From Trueperaceae bacterium (GTDB lineage: Bacteria > Deinococcota > Deinococci > Deinococcales > Trueperaceae): a stretch of 64,000 nt of DNA. The stretch covers positions 2,272,001-2,336,000 of the forward strand of contig CBDCDZ010000004.1 in assembly GCA_965215565.1 (NCBI GenBank). Reading direction: 5' to 3'. Position numbers and translations under genes: made by a program. Shown one piece after another: positions 19,912 to 29,204 of the stretch; position 1 is the stretch's first letter, and each line of letters opens with the position of its first letter. The notes under the pieces are model-generated. The model saw nothing but the letters and a program-made list of their open reading frames with translations, was not told where the DNA came from and searched no databases.

Positions 19912-20295
19912 ATGACCTTAGAGCTTCTCCCCACCTCTCTCGCCGTCTGCCACCTACCTGCTGACGCCCAACTTCCCACGTGGATTTCCGGCGACTTCCA
20001 AAGCGTCACGCGAACGCCCGAAGAACTCTCAATTATCTGTGACGCGAAAGAGGTTCCCGAAGAGGTGCAAGCTGAAAGAGGTTGGCGCGGGTTGCGGGTT
20101 GCGGGAACGCTCGAGTTTTACCTCACGGGAATTTTAGCCTCACTAGCCTCACCTCTTGCTAAAGCGGGTATCAGCATCTTTGCGCTGTCAACTTTCGACA
20201 CGGATTACCTCTTGGTCAAAGAGGACGTGCTCGAGCCCGCCATTCAAACCCTAAAAGCTGAGGGACATGAAATCATCCAAGAGGTCAGCGCGTGA
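19912..20295 (+). CDS. ACT-domain protein (ACT_7/CASTOR-like)
   Basis: TRTPEELSIIC, GILASLASPLAKAGISIFALSTFDTDYLLV. Confidence 0.88.
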   Translation: MTLELLPTSLAVCHLPADAQLPTWISGDFQSVTRTPEELSIICDAKEVPEEVQAERGWRGLRVAGTLEFYLTGILASLASPLAKAGISIFALSTFDTDYLLVKEDVLEPAIQTLKAEGHEIIQEVSA

Positions 20296-21134
20296 ATCTC
20301 TCGAACCTCTTACCCGAAGCGCGGCAGACGAGTAAGACCGTGGAGCGTCTAGGCATCGTCTCGTATACGAACGTCGCACCGCTGCACTGGGGTTTGGAAC
20401 CCTGGCGCGGTGCGGAATTCGTGCGCGGCGTACCGACGGAACTCAACCGGATGCTCTTAGGCGGCGACATTGACTTGACGCTCATCTCGAGCTACGAGTT
20501 CTTGCGCCGTAGTGACGAACTCAAGGCGTTACCGGACTTCTCCATCTCAACCCTCGGACCTGTTTATAGCGTGATGCTCTTTCACTGGGAGCCGTGGGAT
20601 GACCTCTCGGGCAAGCGCATCGCTCTAACGACGGATTCCGCGACGAGCGTGCAGCTTCTGAAAGTTTTGCTGAAAGAGTCGGGTATCGACGCTGAATTCG
20701 TGGCGATGGAGCCAGATTTAGACCTTATGCTAGAACAGTGCGACGCCGCGCTGCTCATCGGCGATAGTGCGCTGATTGAGGCGGTGGAGCCGCGTCAAAT
20801 TAGCGGGAGAACACCTCTCGTCACCGACTTGGGCGAAGCCTGGTATGCGCTGACCCGCTTGCCCTTTACCTTCGCGGTGTGGGCGTCGCGCAAGGATAAT
20901 CCGCCTTCGGAGAAACTCGTGTCGGAGTTGCGCCGCGCTCGTGAGGCTGGGCTCGGCCAGCTTGCTGAGGTTGCGAGAGCCGAAGCGGACCATCTCGGGC
21001 TGTCACCGCTCGTCATCCAGCGCTACTTGAATAACTTCCGCTACTACTTGGAGCCGCCTGACCGCGACGGGCTCACAACTTTTGCGCAGAAGAGTTTAGA
21101 TAGAGAGGTCGATCCTCAATTTTGGACATTCTGA
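20292..21134 (+). CDS. mqnA: chorismate dehydratase (futalosine pathway)
   Basis: LGIVSYTNVAPL, SATSVQLL, LLIGDSAL, DLGEAW...LPFTFAVW. Confidence 0.9.
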   Translation: MNLSNLLPEARQTSKTVERLGIVSYTNVAPLHWGLEPWRGAEFVRGVPTELNRMLLGGDIDLTLISSYEFLRRSDELKALPDFSISTLGPVYSVMLFHWEPWDDLSGKRIALTTDSATSVQLLKVLLKESGIDAEFVAMEPDLDLMLEQCDAALLIGDSALIEAVEPRQISGRTPLVTDLGEAWYALTRLPFTFAVWASRKDNPPSEKLVSELRRAREAGLGQLAEVARAEADHLGLSPLVIQRYLNNFRYYLEPPDRDGLTTFAQKSLDREVDPQFWTF

Positions 21135-21150
21135 TAGACCGATGAAGAGT

Positions 21151-21744
21151 CTACAGGAGCGTCCGGCTCATCACGTTTCGCTCGAACTGCTCGGCCCGCT
21201 CAGGGTCAGGTATCTTGGCTTTCATCATCTCGATGGCTTCGCCTATGCCTGAGGCTTGCGCCAAGACGTTGCGGCAGACAATGCTCGCCATCGGTCCGAT
21301 GTGCTCGGCTAGGGCGTCCTCGAACGCGATTTTAGCGACGGTAGAAAATTCGAAGGGCGCGTCGCTCGGCGCAACCGGCGTCGCGGGTTCGGCGCTCGGC
21401 GCAGCGCTAGCTGTGGACGGCTGCGTGGGCGCTGCAGCGGCGGCTTGCCCCAACTGCGCAAAAATCTCCTCATTGCTAGGCAGCGCGGCTGCCTCGTTGC
21501 CCGCGCTCTGTCCCTCGTCAAAGTTGCACTGACCCACTCGAATTTGCTTCACGAGACCGAGCGCGTCTAGCCCACGCTTGATGCGGTAGCGAATGGCGAC
21601 GATGCGCCCCGCCTCCAGGCCGAACTGCGCGGTGTGGTTGTTGCCGGTAATAATGCGTAAGACGCCCGTGCGCTCCTCTTCGCAAAGCGCTTTAAGCACC
21701 TGGACAATCTGCTGAAGCGGAAGGTGGGTTTTGTTCGGAATCAT
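21151..21744 (-). CDS. DUF4388/PATAN-like domain protein with Ala/Pro linker and small helical C-terminal domain
   Basis: 'LCEEERTGVLRI...FGLEAGRIV' N-domain; C-terminal 'LAEHIGPMASIVC'. Confidence 0.6.
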   Translation of the reverse strand: MIPNKTHLPLQQIVQVLKALCEEERTGVLRIITGNNHTAQFGLEAGRIVAIRYRIKRGLDALGLVKQIRVGQCNFDEGQSAGNEAAALPSNEEIFAQLGQAAAAAPTQPSTASAAPSAEPATPVAPSDAPFEFSTVAKIAFEDALAEHIGPMASIVCRNVLAQASGIGEAIEMMKAKIPDPERAEQFERNVMSRTLL

Positions 21745-21818
21745 AAAGTCTCCCACGCCGGAGACCTCTTTAACAACACCCTTAGGTTCAAGAGGTCTCT
21801 TAGGTTAGACAGAGCCCC

Positions 21819-23219
21819 TTAGCGGGCCTCCTGTGAGGCGTTAAGCTCTTCGAACGCCATCTTGATGCTGACGCCCATGCGCTCGACGGCGCGAGCTAGC
21901 GTACCGATTTCGTCGCCGCGTTTCGTCTCGCGAATCTCTTCACCGAGTTCACCCCGACTTATATTCTCAGCCGCTTTAGTCAGACTCTGGATAGGCTCAA
22001 CCAAGCGGCGAGCCATAAGCGACGCGACGATAACGACGAAGAGCACCGTGCCGATGAGCAAAAAGAGCGCGTTGCGCTCAGCGGCGCGGAGCCCTGCAAA
22101 GGCTTCGGCGTAGTCTTGTTGCACGATGAGCGTCCAACCGAGGTCAGTCGTTGCGGTGCGGGCGACGACCTCTTTGCCGCCCTGTTCAAAGACGACTTGT
22201 TGACCGGCGGGCGCGGCTAGAGCGGGGTAGTTGCTCAAGTCTTGCAAGGTTTCAGTGATGAGTTCGGGGCGTCCGTGAGCAATGGCTTGACCCGTTTCAC
22301 CGAGCAAGATAGCGTAACCTGTTTTGCCGATGCTCGCGGCTGTAATGGTGTTAGAGACATCCTCGAGGTGTGAGGCGAACGCGAGCACGCCACCGAACGC
22401 TCCGTTATCCTCCTGGATAGGTCCTGAAAGGATGAGCGCGGGCTTACCCGACGAGCGCCCAATAAGCACTTGCTGACCGATAGGCTCACCTTGCGCAACC
22501 TGCTGGAAGTACTGCCTGTCGCCGTAAAACCTGAGCGACCCACCGTCACTACGTCCGACGTTGTTGCCCTCGGCGTCCATCGTAAAGATGAGGTACGTCC
22601 AGTCATACGTGTTGTTAATGCTCTCTAAAATCGGGTTTTGCTCGCCCGCCTGCATCGACTTCATCCCGTTCAAGCTCGCGTTCTGCTCGATAACGCTCAA
22701 GTTGGTGCTAATCCAAGCGTCGACCTCGCCCGCGAGTTCGTCCGCAGTTTGGCGCAAGCTCGCCTCGGTTGCCGCTCGCGCTTCGGCGCGCGCCTGTGCG
22801 TTGGTAATGAACCAGAGCGCACCCAAAGGCACGAGCGACACCAGGAACATGGTCAAGAGCACTTGTGGAAAGATTTTGAAGCCGCCCTTAGACCCGCTTG
22901 CTTTAGCCTCTTTCGCTGCTTTCGCCGACTTGCCGCTGCCGATGAGTTTGGCGATATTGGGCAAGTCAGCGCCGCCTTCGTCCGTGATTTGGCTCGACGC
23001 GAACGAGACGATGGGCGAAGGCAGCGTGCTCATCATGTCCACAGCCGCTTTGCCGTTTAAGTTGCCGTATTCCGCCTTGACAAGTCTTCCTTTGAGCACG
23101 TGCAGCGTGCCGTAGACCTGCTTTGCGCCCTCTTTGCCCGTGACGGACAAAAATCCTGTCGCCTTTTGCTTGCGCGCCTTTTGCAGCGCTTTGCGAAATT
23201 CCTCTGACCTGACTGCCAT
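21819..23219 (-). CDS. membrane sensor: DUF4388-like N-domain, TM, dCache, TM, HAMP; no output domain
   Basis: 'DRQYFQQV', 'GRSSGKPALI' Cache motifs; 'EPIQSLTKAAENISRGEL...RGDEIGTLARAVERM' HAMP at the C-terminus. Confidence 0.8.
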   Translation of the reverse strand: MAVRSEEFRKALQKARKQKATGFLSVTGKEGAKQVYGTLHVLKGRLVKAEYGNLNGKAAVDMMSTLPSPIVSFASSQITDEGGADLPNIAKLIGSGKSAKAAKEAKASGSKGGFKIFPQVLLTMFLVSLVPLGALWFITNAQARAEARAATEASLRQTADELAGEVDAWISTNLSVIEQNASLNGMKSMQAGEQNPILESINNTYDWTYLIFTMDAEGNNVGRSDGGSLRFYGDRQYFQQVAQGEPIGQQVLIGRSSGKPALILSGPIQEDNGAFGGVLAFASHLEDVSNTITAASIGKTGYAILLGETGQAIAHGRPELITETLQDLSNYPALAAPAGQQVVFEQGGKEVVARTATTDLGWTLIVQQDYAEAFAGLRAAERNALFLLIGTVLFVVIVASLMARRLVEPIQSLTKAAENISRGELGEEIRETKRGDEIGTLARAVERMGVSIKMAFEELNASQEAR

Positions 23220-23409
23220 AATGTTCTCCTCTAATCTCTAGGGTGGAAATGTGCGGTTTGCCTCTAGGCGATAGTAAGGTGACAAGATTGAGTGGCGTCG
23301 GAAGAATTTCGCACGTAACGCAGCGGTGTGAATTCTCCTACTTTAAGTCCACTGACAAATTCTGCTAGCGGCACGGACCGCTTCGCCGTCAGCGCCTATG
23401 ATGAGCGAT

Positions 23410-24126
23410 ATGCCCACCCTCACCGATATCCGCACGTTTTTGAGTCTCTACCTCTCCGCCGAGCGCTTCGGCGACGACCAAAACGGAATCTACCGAGCGT
23501 CAAATGAAGCGTTAGGTAGACCTGTCAAGCGTGTAGGACTGCTGCTCGAGCCCTTCCCCAAACTCGCCGATTGGACGAAGAAGAACCGCTTGGACGCCCT
23601 TTTCATCCACCGCCCTTGGAAGTTGGAGAAGATGAAGCTGCCCGCTGAAGAGATAGGCATCTTGGCGTACCACTATGCGTTCGACGAGCTTTTGACAACA
23701 GGCTACAACCCGCGCTTGGCGGATATTTTGTTGATGGAAGGGCTCGAGGTCCTAGGGCACAAGGAGGGCAGACCTTTGGGCATGATAGGCGACGTTCCCA
23801 AGGTCAAGTTAGAAACCTTTCATGCGCAAGTTGAAGAGGTCTTCGGCGGTTTAGAGGGCGCTTATCTCGAGGCGGAACCCGGCAAAGAGGTCACGCGGGT
23901 TTGCGTCGTCGGGGCGATGCGCGACACGCTCGTCCACGAAGCGCATGAACGCGGCGCGAACGTCTATCTCACCGGGCAGTATAGAGATCACGCGCAAAAA
24001 GCCGTGGACGACACGAGCATGAATATCTTAGAGATAGGGCACGAGCGCTGCGAAAGGTGGGGCTTGCGGGCGTTAGCGGGTGTGCTGCGAGAAAGGTACG
24101 CCGACCTCTTCGTCACCGTGAGGTGA
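23410..24126 (+). CDS. Nif3-like dinuclear metal centre protein
   Basis: LFIHRP, YHYAFD, YLTGQ, GHERCE; start uncertain (23398/23401/23410). Confidence 0.78.
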   Translation: MPTLTDIRTFLSLYLSAERFGDDQNGIYRASNEALGRPVKRVGLLLEPFPKLADWTKKNRLDALFIHRPWKLEKMKLPAEEIGILAYHYAFDELLTTGYNPRLADILLMEGLEVLGHKEGRPLGMIGDVPKVKLETFHAQVEEVFGGLEGAYLEAEPGKEVTRVCVVGAMRDTLVHEAHERGANVYLTGQYRDHAQKAVDDTSMNILEIGHERCERWGLRALAGVLRERYADLFVTVR

Positions 24127-24204
24127 ACATTCGCCCGCGCTGCCGACGCCCCCGGAGCACCCTCGGCGCGTGTTACGCTCTTTCGCAACGTCTCCCCGAG
24201 GAGG

Positions 24205-24816
24205 TTGAGCGTGGCATATGTAGTGATCGAAGGTCCCATCGGCGCAGGCAAAACGAGCTTGGCGCGGCTCCTCTCCGAGCAGTTGCAAGCGCGGCTCGTT
24301 CTAGAGGTAGTCGAAGAAAACCCCTTTCTGGCGTCCTTCTACGAGGACCCAGGGCGCTACGCCTTTAGCGCCCAGACCTTTTTTCTTTTATCCCGCTACA
24401 AGCAGCTTCAAGACTTAGCCCAAGGCGCACTCTTTTTCGAGCACACGGTGAGCGACTACCTCTTCGACAAAGACTTCATCTTCGCGTCTCTAAACCTCCG
24501 AGGGGACGAGTGGGCTCTCTACAGGGAGCTTTACGGGCAGCTCAAACCCAAACTGCCCCAACCCGACTTGACCGTCTACCTTCGCGCCGCGCCCGACCTC
24601 TTGTTACAGCGCATCGCTAAGAGAGGTCGCCCGTTCGAAAAGGATATTGGGGCGAGCTACCTCCGCGCTCTAGGAACAGCGTACGACGACCTCTTCGAGC
24701 ATTACGGCGCGCCGCTCCACACCGTCGAAGCGGCGGCGTACGATTTCGTGGAACGTGAGCCGGACCGTCAGAGGTTGGTAGAGGATATTTTGCAGTTGGT
24801 AGAGCAGCGTGTTTAG
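24205..24816 (+). CDS. deoxynucleoside kinase
   Basis: IEGPIGAGKT, ENPFLASFY, RIAKRGR. Confidence 0.92.
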   Translation: MSVAYVVIEGPIGAGKTSLARLLSEQLQARLVLEVVEENPFLASFYEDPGRYAFSAQTFFLLSRYKQLQDLAQGALFFEHTVSDYLFDKDFIFASLNLRGDEWALYRELYGQLKPKLPQPDLTVYLRAAPDLLLQRIAKRGRPFEKDIGASYLRALGTAYDDLFEHYGAPLHTVEAAAYDFVEREPDRQRLVEDILQLVEQRV

Positions 24817-24911
24817 CGCGCCGCAGTTTAACCGCGCGTGGCTCGAGTTCGCCGAACGGTAGCCTCGAGCATGACTCAGGCATTTTCCCTTCAGCTAGGT
24901 TCCGTCTAACT

Positions 24912-25550
24912 ATGTACGTCGCGGTTGCAGGCAACATCGGCGTCGGCAAGTCGAGCCTCACGGCGCGCTTGGCGGAGCGCTACGCTTTAGAGCCTGTCTA
25001 CGAGGCGGTGGACGAGAACCCTTACCTCGAGGATTTTTACAAGGACATGGCGCGCTACGCCTTTCACTCGCAAATTTTTTTCCTCTCGCGCCGCTTGGAG
25101 CAGCACTTAGCGCGGGTCAACCCGGGCAGCCGCGTCATTCAAGACCGCACGATCTACGAGGACGCTGGCGTGTTCGCCCGCAACCTCTTCGAAGAGGGCG
25201 TTATGGACGCCCGCGACTTCGGGAGCTACCGCGCCATGTACGACGCCATTCGCCGCACACTTAAAGCGCCTGATCTGCTCATCTACCTGCGCTCGAGCGT
25301 CCCCACCTTGCAGCGCCACATCGAGCAGCGCGGGCGAGACTACGAAGCTACGATTCAACCCAGCTATTTAGAGAGGCTGAACCGACTCTATGACGAGTGG
25401 ATAGGAGCGTACGACCTCTCGCCCAAACTCACCTTGGACGCCGACAAGCTCGACTTTGTGAACCGGAGCGAGGATTTGCAAGAGGTCATGAGGAGACTGG
25501 AGCCCTACGGCTTGACCTCGCCTATTCTTGGCAGTTCCAGAACATACTGA
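24912..25550 (+). CDS. deoxynucleoside kinase
   Basis: AGNIGVGKS, ENPYLEDFY, QDRTIYED, RGRDYE. Confidence 0.92.
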   Translation: MYVAVAGNIGVGKSSLTARLAERYALEPVYEAVDENPYLEDFYKDMARYAFHSQIFFLSRRLEQHLARVNPGSRVIQDRTIYEDAGVFARNLFEEGVMDARDFGSYRAMYDAIRRTLKAPDLLIYLRSSVPTLQRHIEQRGRDYEATIQPSYLERLNRLYDEWIGAYDLSPKLTLDADKLDFVNRSEDLQEVMRRLEPYGLTSPILGSSRTY

Positions 25551-25639
25551 GATGGATGAGCGCAGATATCATTCCTGAATGTGCGTGCTGGACAGTGTTT
25601 TCTACAGTGAGAGTGTCTGAGACCAGATGATACCTGCTA
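25529..25639 (-). mobile_element. MITE-like element family A, short copy overlapping the kinase 3' end
   Basis: TGGCAGTTCCAGAACATACTGAGA ... GACCAGATGATACCTGCTA matches the reverse complement of the 50120 copy ends. Confidence 0.7.
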
Positions 25640-25658
25640 TCTACCGTAAAGTAGAGAG

Positions 25659-27143
25659 GTGAACCTTCGTGACCTCTTACGAGCCTCGGGCTTGGCCGCA
25701 CCCGAGCGAGACTCGAACCCTACAGTAAGCGGTGTCGTCCAAGATACCAGGAACGCGGAAGAACCGGGCTTCGTCTTCGTCGCCCGGCGCGGGGAGGCGT
25801 TTGACGGCTATCAGTTTGCGGCTAAAGCGGTGCAACTCGGCGCGGTCGCCGTCGTGGGTGAGGCGTCTGAAGAGGAGACCCGGCACACCTCTTGGTCCGA
25901 AAAAGTCCCACACGTTCACGTTCAAAACGACAAGGTTGCCGTCGCGAAGCTTGCGGCGGCGTTTTACGGGCGTCCGTCGGCGTCGCTTTTCACGCTAGGG
26001 GTCACAGGTACGGACGGCAAGACAACGACCGCTTACCTGCTCCATCACCTCTTGTCGGGGAGCCACAAGACCGGGCTTCTCTCGACGGCGGGCGTGAGGT
26101 TAGGGGGCGAGCGGCTCGTTTCTGAAGGTCACTTCACCACCCCCGAAGCGCCCCAGGTTCAGAGCGTTCTCGCCCAGTTTCGTGACGGTGGCTGCTCGCA
26201 CGCCGTCATCGAGTCGAGTTCGCACGGCTTCGCGCTGCGCCGCTTGGATGAGGTGGACTACGACGTCGGCGTGTGGACGAACCTCTCACCGGAGCACCTG
26301 GACTATCACAAGACGTTTGAAGCGTACCGGGGCGCTAAAGCAAGCTTGATGCGCCGCGCCGCGGTGAGCGTGCTGAACGCGGACGAGCCCGAGTTTTCCT
26401 ACTTCGCGGGTCAAGCTAAAGAGGTCATCAGCTACGGGGCAAACGCGGAGGCGGACTACCGGGCGGTGGACGTCCGCGAGGCGGCGGGGCGCTTGACGTG
26501 GGGGCTCGAGACTGAGGGCAGGAGCTTCAAAGCTGCCTTGCCGATGATCGGGCGTTACAACGTCCATAACGCGCTAGCAGCGCTCGCAGCGGCGCAGCGG
26601 ACCGGGCTCGAGATAGAAACACTGCTCGAGAGGTTGGCCACCTTTCCTGGCGTCCCCGGACGGATGCAGCTCGTCCAGCGTCAACCCTTCGCCGTCGTCG
26701 TGGACTTTGCCCACACCGCGCCCGCGTTGGAAAAAGCGCTGCGCGCCGTTCGCCCGCAAACCGCAGGGCGGCTCATCGCCCTAGTCGGGGCGGCGGGCGA
26801 ACGCGACCCCGGCAAGCGTGCGCCCTTGGGACGTGTGGCGGCGCAGCACGCCGATATTGCGATCTTCACCGAAGAGGACTCGCGCTCGGAAGACGCTGGG
26901 GTGATTTTGGCGGAGATGGCGCGGGGCGCGGAAGAGGTCAGTGCGGCGCGCGGTGAAGTCTGGCTCGAGCCTGAGCGCCGCGCGGCCATTCAAAGAGCGG
27001 TGCGCCTCGCGCAACCCGGCGATCTCATCCTGCTGGCGGGAAAAGGTCATGAGACGACGCTCGAGCGCAAGGACGAAACCATCCCCTGGGATGAGGTAGC
27101 GGAGGCGCGGCGGGCGCTGTCTGAACGCGGTACTCTCACCTAA
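25659..27143 (+). CDS. murE: UDP-MurNAc-tripeptide synthetase
   Basis: GVTGTDGKTT, TTPEAP, ESSSHG, TNLSPEHLDYH, VDFAHT, AGKGHE. Confidence 0.95.
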   Translation: MNLRDLLRASGLAAPERDSNPTVSGVVQDTRNAEEPGFVFVARRGEAFDGYQFAAKAVQLGAVAVVGEASEEETRHTSWSEKVPHVHVQNDKVAVAKLAAAFYGRPSASLFTLGVTGTDGKTTTAYLLHHLLSGSHKTGLLSTAGVRLGGERLVSEGHFTTPEAPQVQSVLAQFRDGGCSHAVIESSSHGFALRRLDEVDYDVGVWTNLSPEHLDYHKTFEAYRGAKASLMRRAAVSVLNADEPEFSYFAGQAKEVISYGANAEADYRAVDVREAAGRLTWGLETEGRSFKAALPMIGRYNVHNALAALAAAQRTGLEIETLLERLATFPGVPGRMQLVQRQPFAVVVDFAHTAPALEKALRAVRPQTAGRLIALVGAAGERDPGKRAPLGRVAAQHADIAIFTEEDSRSEDAGVILAEMARGAEEVSAARGEVWLEPERRAAIQRAVRLAQPGDLILLAGKGHETTLERKDETIPWDEVAEARRALSERGTLT

Positions 27144-27311
27144 CGTAGGTGCATCTCATCCGCGCTCGTCCTTCCGCCCCTATAATTCCCTACCTCTCGG
27201 TGCGCCGAACACCGGCGGCGTCGGCTCAATGATCTATTCAATTCTGTTTTACGGCTTCACTTAAAGGAGGGTGATGAACGCTAATCTGATGAACTGCCTG
27301 GGGGTTCATTC

Positions 27312-29078
27312 ATGACCTTCAGCACCCTCAACCTCTTGCTCGTCTTAGTCGCCGCCTTCGCGGGCGGACGCCTTGCGGTGCGCCTCGGCTACCCGGCGGT
27401 TTTGGGTGAAATCATGGCGGGCATCGTCTTAGGTCCGCCGCTTCTAGGGCTCCTGTATGCGAGCGACGCGCTCATGGTCTTGGCGGACTTAGGCGTCTTG
27501 CTCATGATGATGTTCGTCGGCATGGAGGTCAACTTCAAGGAGTTACAGCGCTCGTCCAAAGGTGGGCTGTACGCTGCGCTGGGCGGATTTGTCGTTCCGT
27601 TCGTTTTAGGCGTCGCGGTGATGCTCTTTTGGGGCGAGCCGCTCATCGCGGCGCTCTTCGTGGGCGTGGCGATGGGCGTGACCTCTTTAGCAACCAAGTC
27701 GCGCATCTTGACCGACTTGGGCATCTTGGATACGCGCATCGCGAGCGTGATGATGGCGGGAGCGCTCATCGCGGACACCTTGTCGCTTCTCTTTTTCGCG
27801 AGCATCTTGGGCGTGGCGGAGGCGGGGGGGCTCGAGCTGCTCGGCACCTTGTGGCTCCTCGCCCGCGTGTGCCTCTTTTTCGCGGCGTCGTGGCTGCTCG
27901 GGCTCTACGTCGTCCCGCCCCTCTACCGCTGGCTCCGCAAGCGCGGGCTTACCAGCCGCACCTTCCACGCGACGCTGGCGCTTATTATCGCCCTGACCTT
28001 TGCTGAACTCGCGGAGCTAGCCGGGCTGCACGGCATCTTGGGCGCGTTTTTAGCGGGGATGTTCCTGCGCGAAGCGATCAGCGAGCGCCGTCTGTCGCAC
28101 GAACTCACCGAGTTAGTGCGCGACGTGTCCATCGGCTTTCTCGCGCCCGTCTTCTTCTTGACCATCGGCTTCGAGGTGTCGTTCGGGATGTTGGGGCAGA
28201 GCCTCGGTTTGCTGCTCACCGTCATCGTCGTCGCAACGGTAGGCAAGATCGTCGGCACGCTGCTGTTTTACCTCTGGAGCGGCGGCGCTTGGCGCGAAGG
28301 TTTGGTCATCGGCATGGGGATGAACGACAGAGGGGCAGTTGAGATCATCTTAGCGGGCATCGCCCTGCGCGCCGGGCTCATCAGCAGCGAGGTCTTTTCC
28401 ATCCTGGTAGTCATGGCGGTGGTTACGACCGCGACGGTGCCGCTCCTCCTGACGTGGGGCGTGGGCTGGCTCAAAGAGCGCGGCGAACTAGCCCGCGCTG
28501 GCTCGGAGCGGCGGGGCGTCGTCATCGTCGGGGCAGGTCCGGTAGCGCGGATTCTGGCGCGTGAACTGAGCGCGTCGCGCCCGGTAACGCTCGTGGACAC
28601 CAATCAGACGAACTGTGACGAAGCGGCGGCGCTGGGGCTCAGCGCGGTGCACGGCGACGCCTTGGACGACGCGCCGCTGCTCGACGCGGGCGTCGAAGGG
28701 GCGGGGCTCCTCATCGGTCTGACGCCCAACGCCGAAGTCAACGTTTTGGTTGTCAAACGCGCCGCCGAAGAGTTCTCTGTGCCCGAATGTTACGCGCTCC
28801 TCACCAAAGGGAGCGACGGCGGGCTCTTTCGGCAGCTCGAGCGCACGGGCGCACAGCCCCTTTTCACCAACCCGGTCAGTCTGCTCGAGTGGGACTATGA
28901 CCTCATCATGGCGCAAGCCCAGGAGTTACTTCTCACTACCGATCAGGAAGGGAGGCTCGAGGGGGCGAACGCCGCCCTACTCCCTCTCGTCGTGCGGCGC
29001 GGGCGAGCGAATAGGCTCTTTAGAAGCGTTCAAGATTTGCAAGTGGGCGACGAGGTGGTGGCGCTTGGGCGGGGCTGA
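27312..29078 (+). CDS. cation:proton antiporter (CPA2) with C-terminal TrkA-N/RCK domain
   Basis: Multi-TM N-part 'PAVLGEIMAGIVLGP', 'ILGAFLAG'; C-terminal 'IVGAGPVAR...HGDALD'. Confidence 0.9.
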   Translation: MTFSTLNLLLVLVAAFAGGRLAVRLGYPAVLGEIMAGIVLGPPLLGLLYASDALMVLADLGVLLMMMFVGMEVNFKELQRSSKGGLYAALGGFVVPFVLGVAVMLFWGEPLIAALFVGVAMGVTSLATKSRILTDLGILDTRIASVMMAGALIADTLSLLFFASILGVAEAGGLELLGTLWLLARVCLFFAASWLLGLYVVPPLYRWLRKRGLTSRTFHATLALIIALTFAELAELAGLHGILGAFLAGMFLREAISERRLSHELTELVRDVSIGFLAPVFFLTIGFEVSFGMLGQSLGLLLTVIVVATVGKIVGTLLFYLWSGGAWREGLVIGMGMNDRGAVEIILAGIALRAGLISSEVFSILVVMAVVTTATVPLLLTWGVGWLKERGELARAGSERRGVVIVGAGPVARILARELSASRPVTLVDTNQTNCDEAAALGLSAVHGDALDDAPLLDAGVEGAGLLIGLTPNAEVNVLVVKRAAEEFSVPECYALLTKGSDGGLFRQLERTGAQPLFTNPVSLLEWDYDLIMAQAQELLLTTDQEGRLEGANAALLPLVVRRGRANRLFRSVQDLQVGDEVVALGRG

Positions 29079-29204
29079 GAGGTTGTCAGCACTGAAGCTA
29101 CCTAGAGTCAGCCAAGCAGGTGCGAAAAGTCAAGATTCGGTAGTGCGCCTAGAGACGCTGTCGAAGCCTCTCGTCCTCGCAGCCTCGCCGCGCTACAATA
29201 CCTC

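Noticed and set aside
27144..27311. Fluoride or Na+/Li+ riboswitch upstream of the antiporter
   Set aside because: Only partial words (GGTGATG, GCTAAT); the required pairings are absent.
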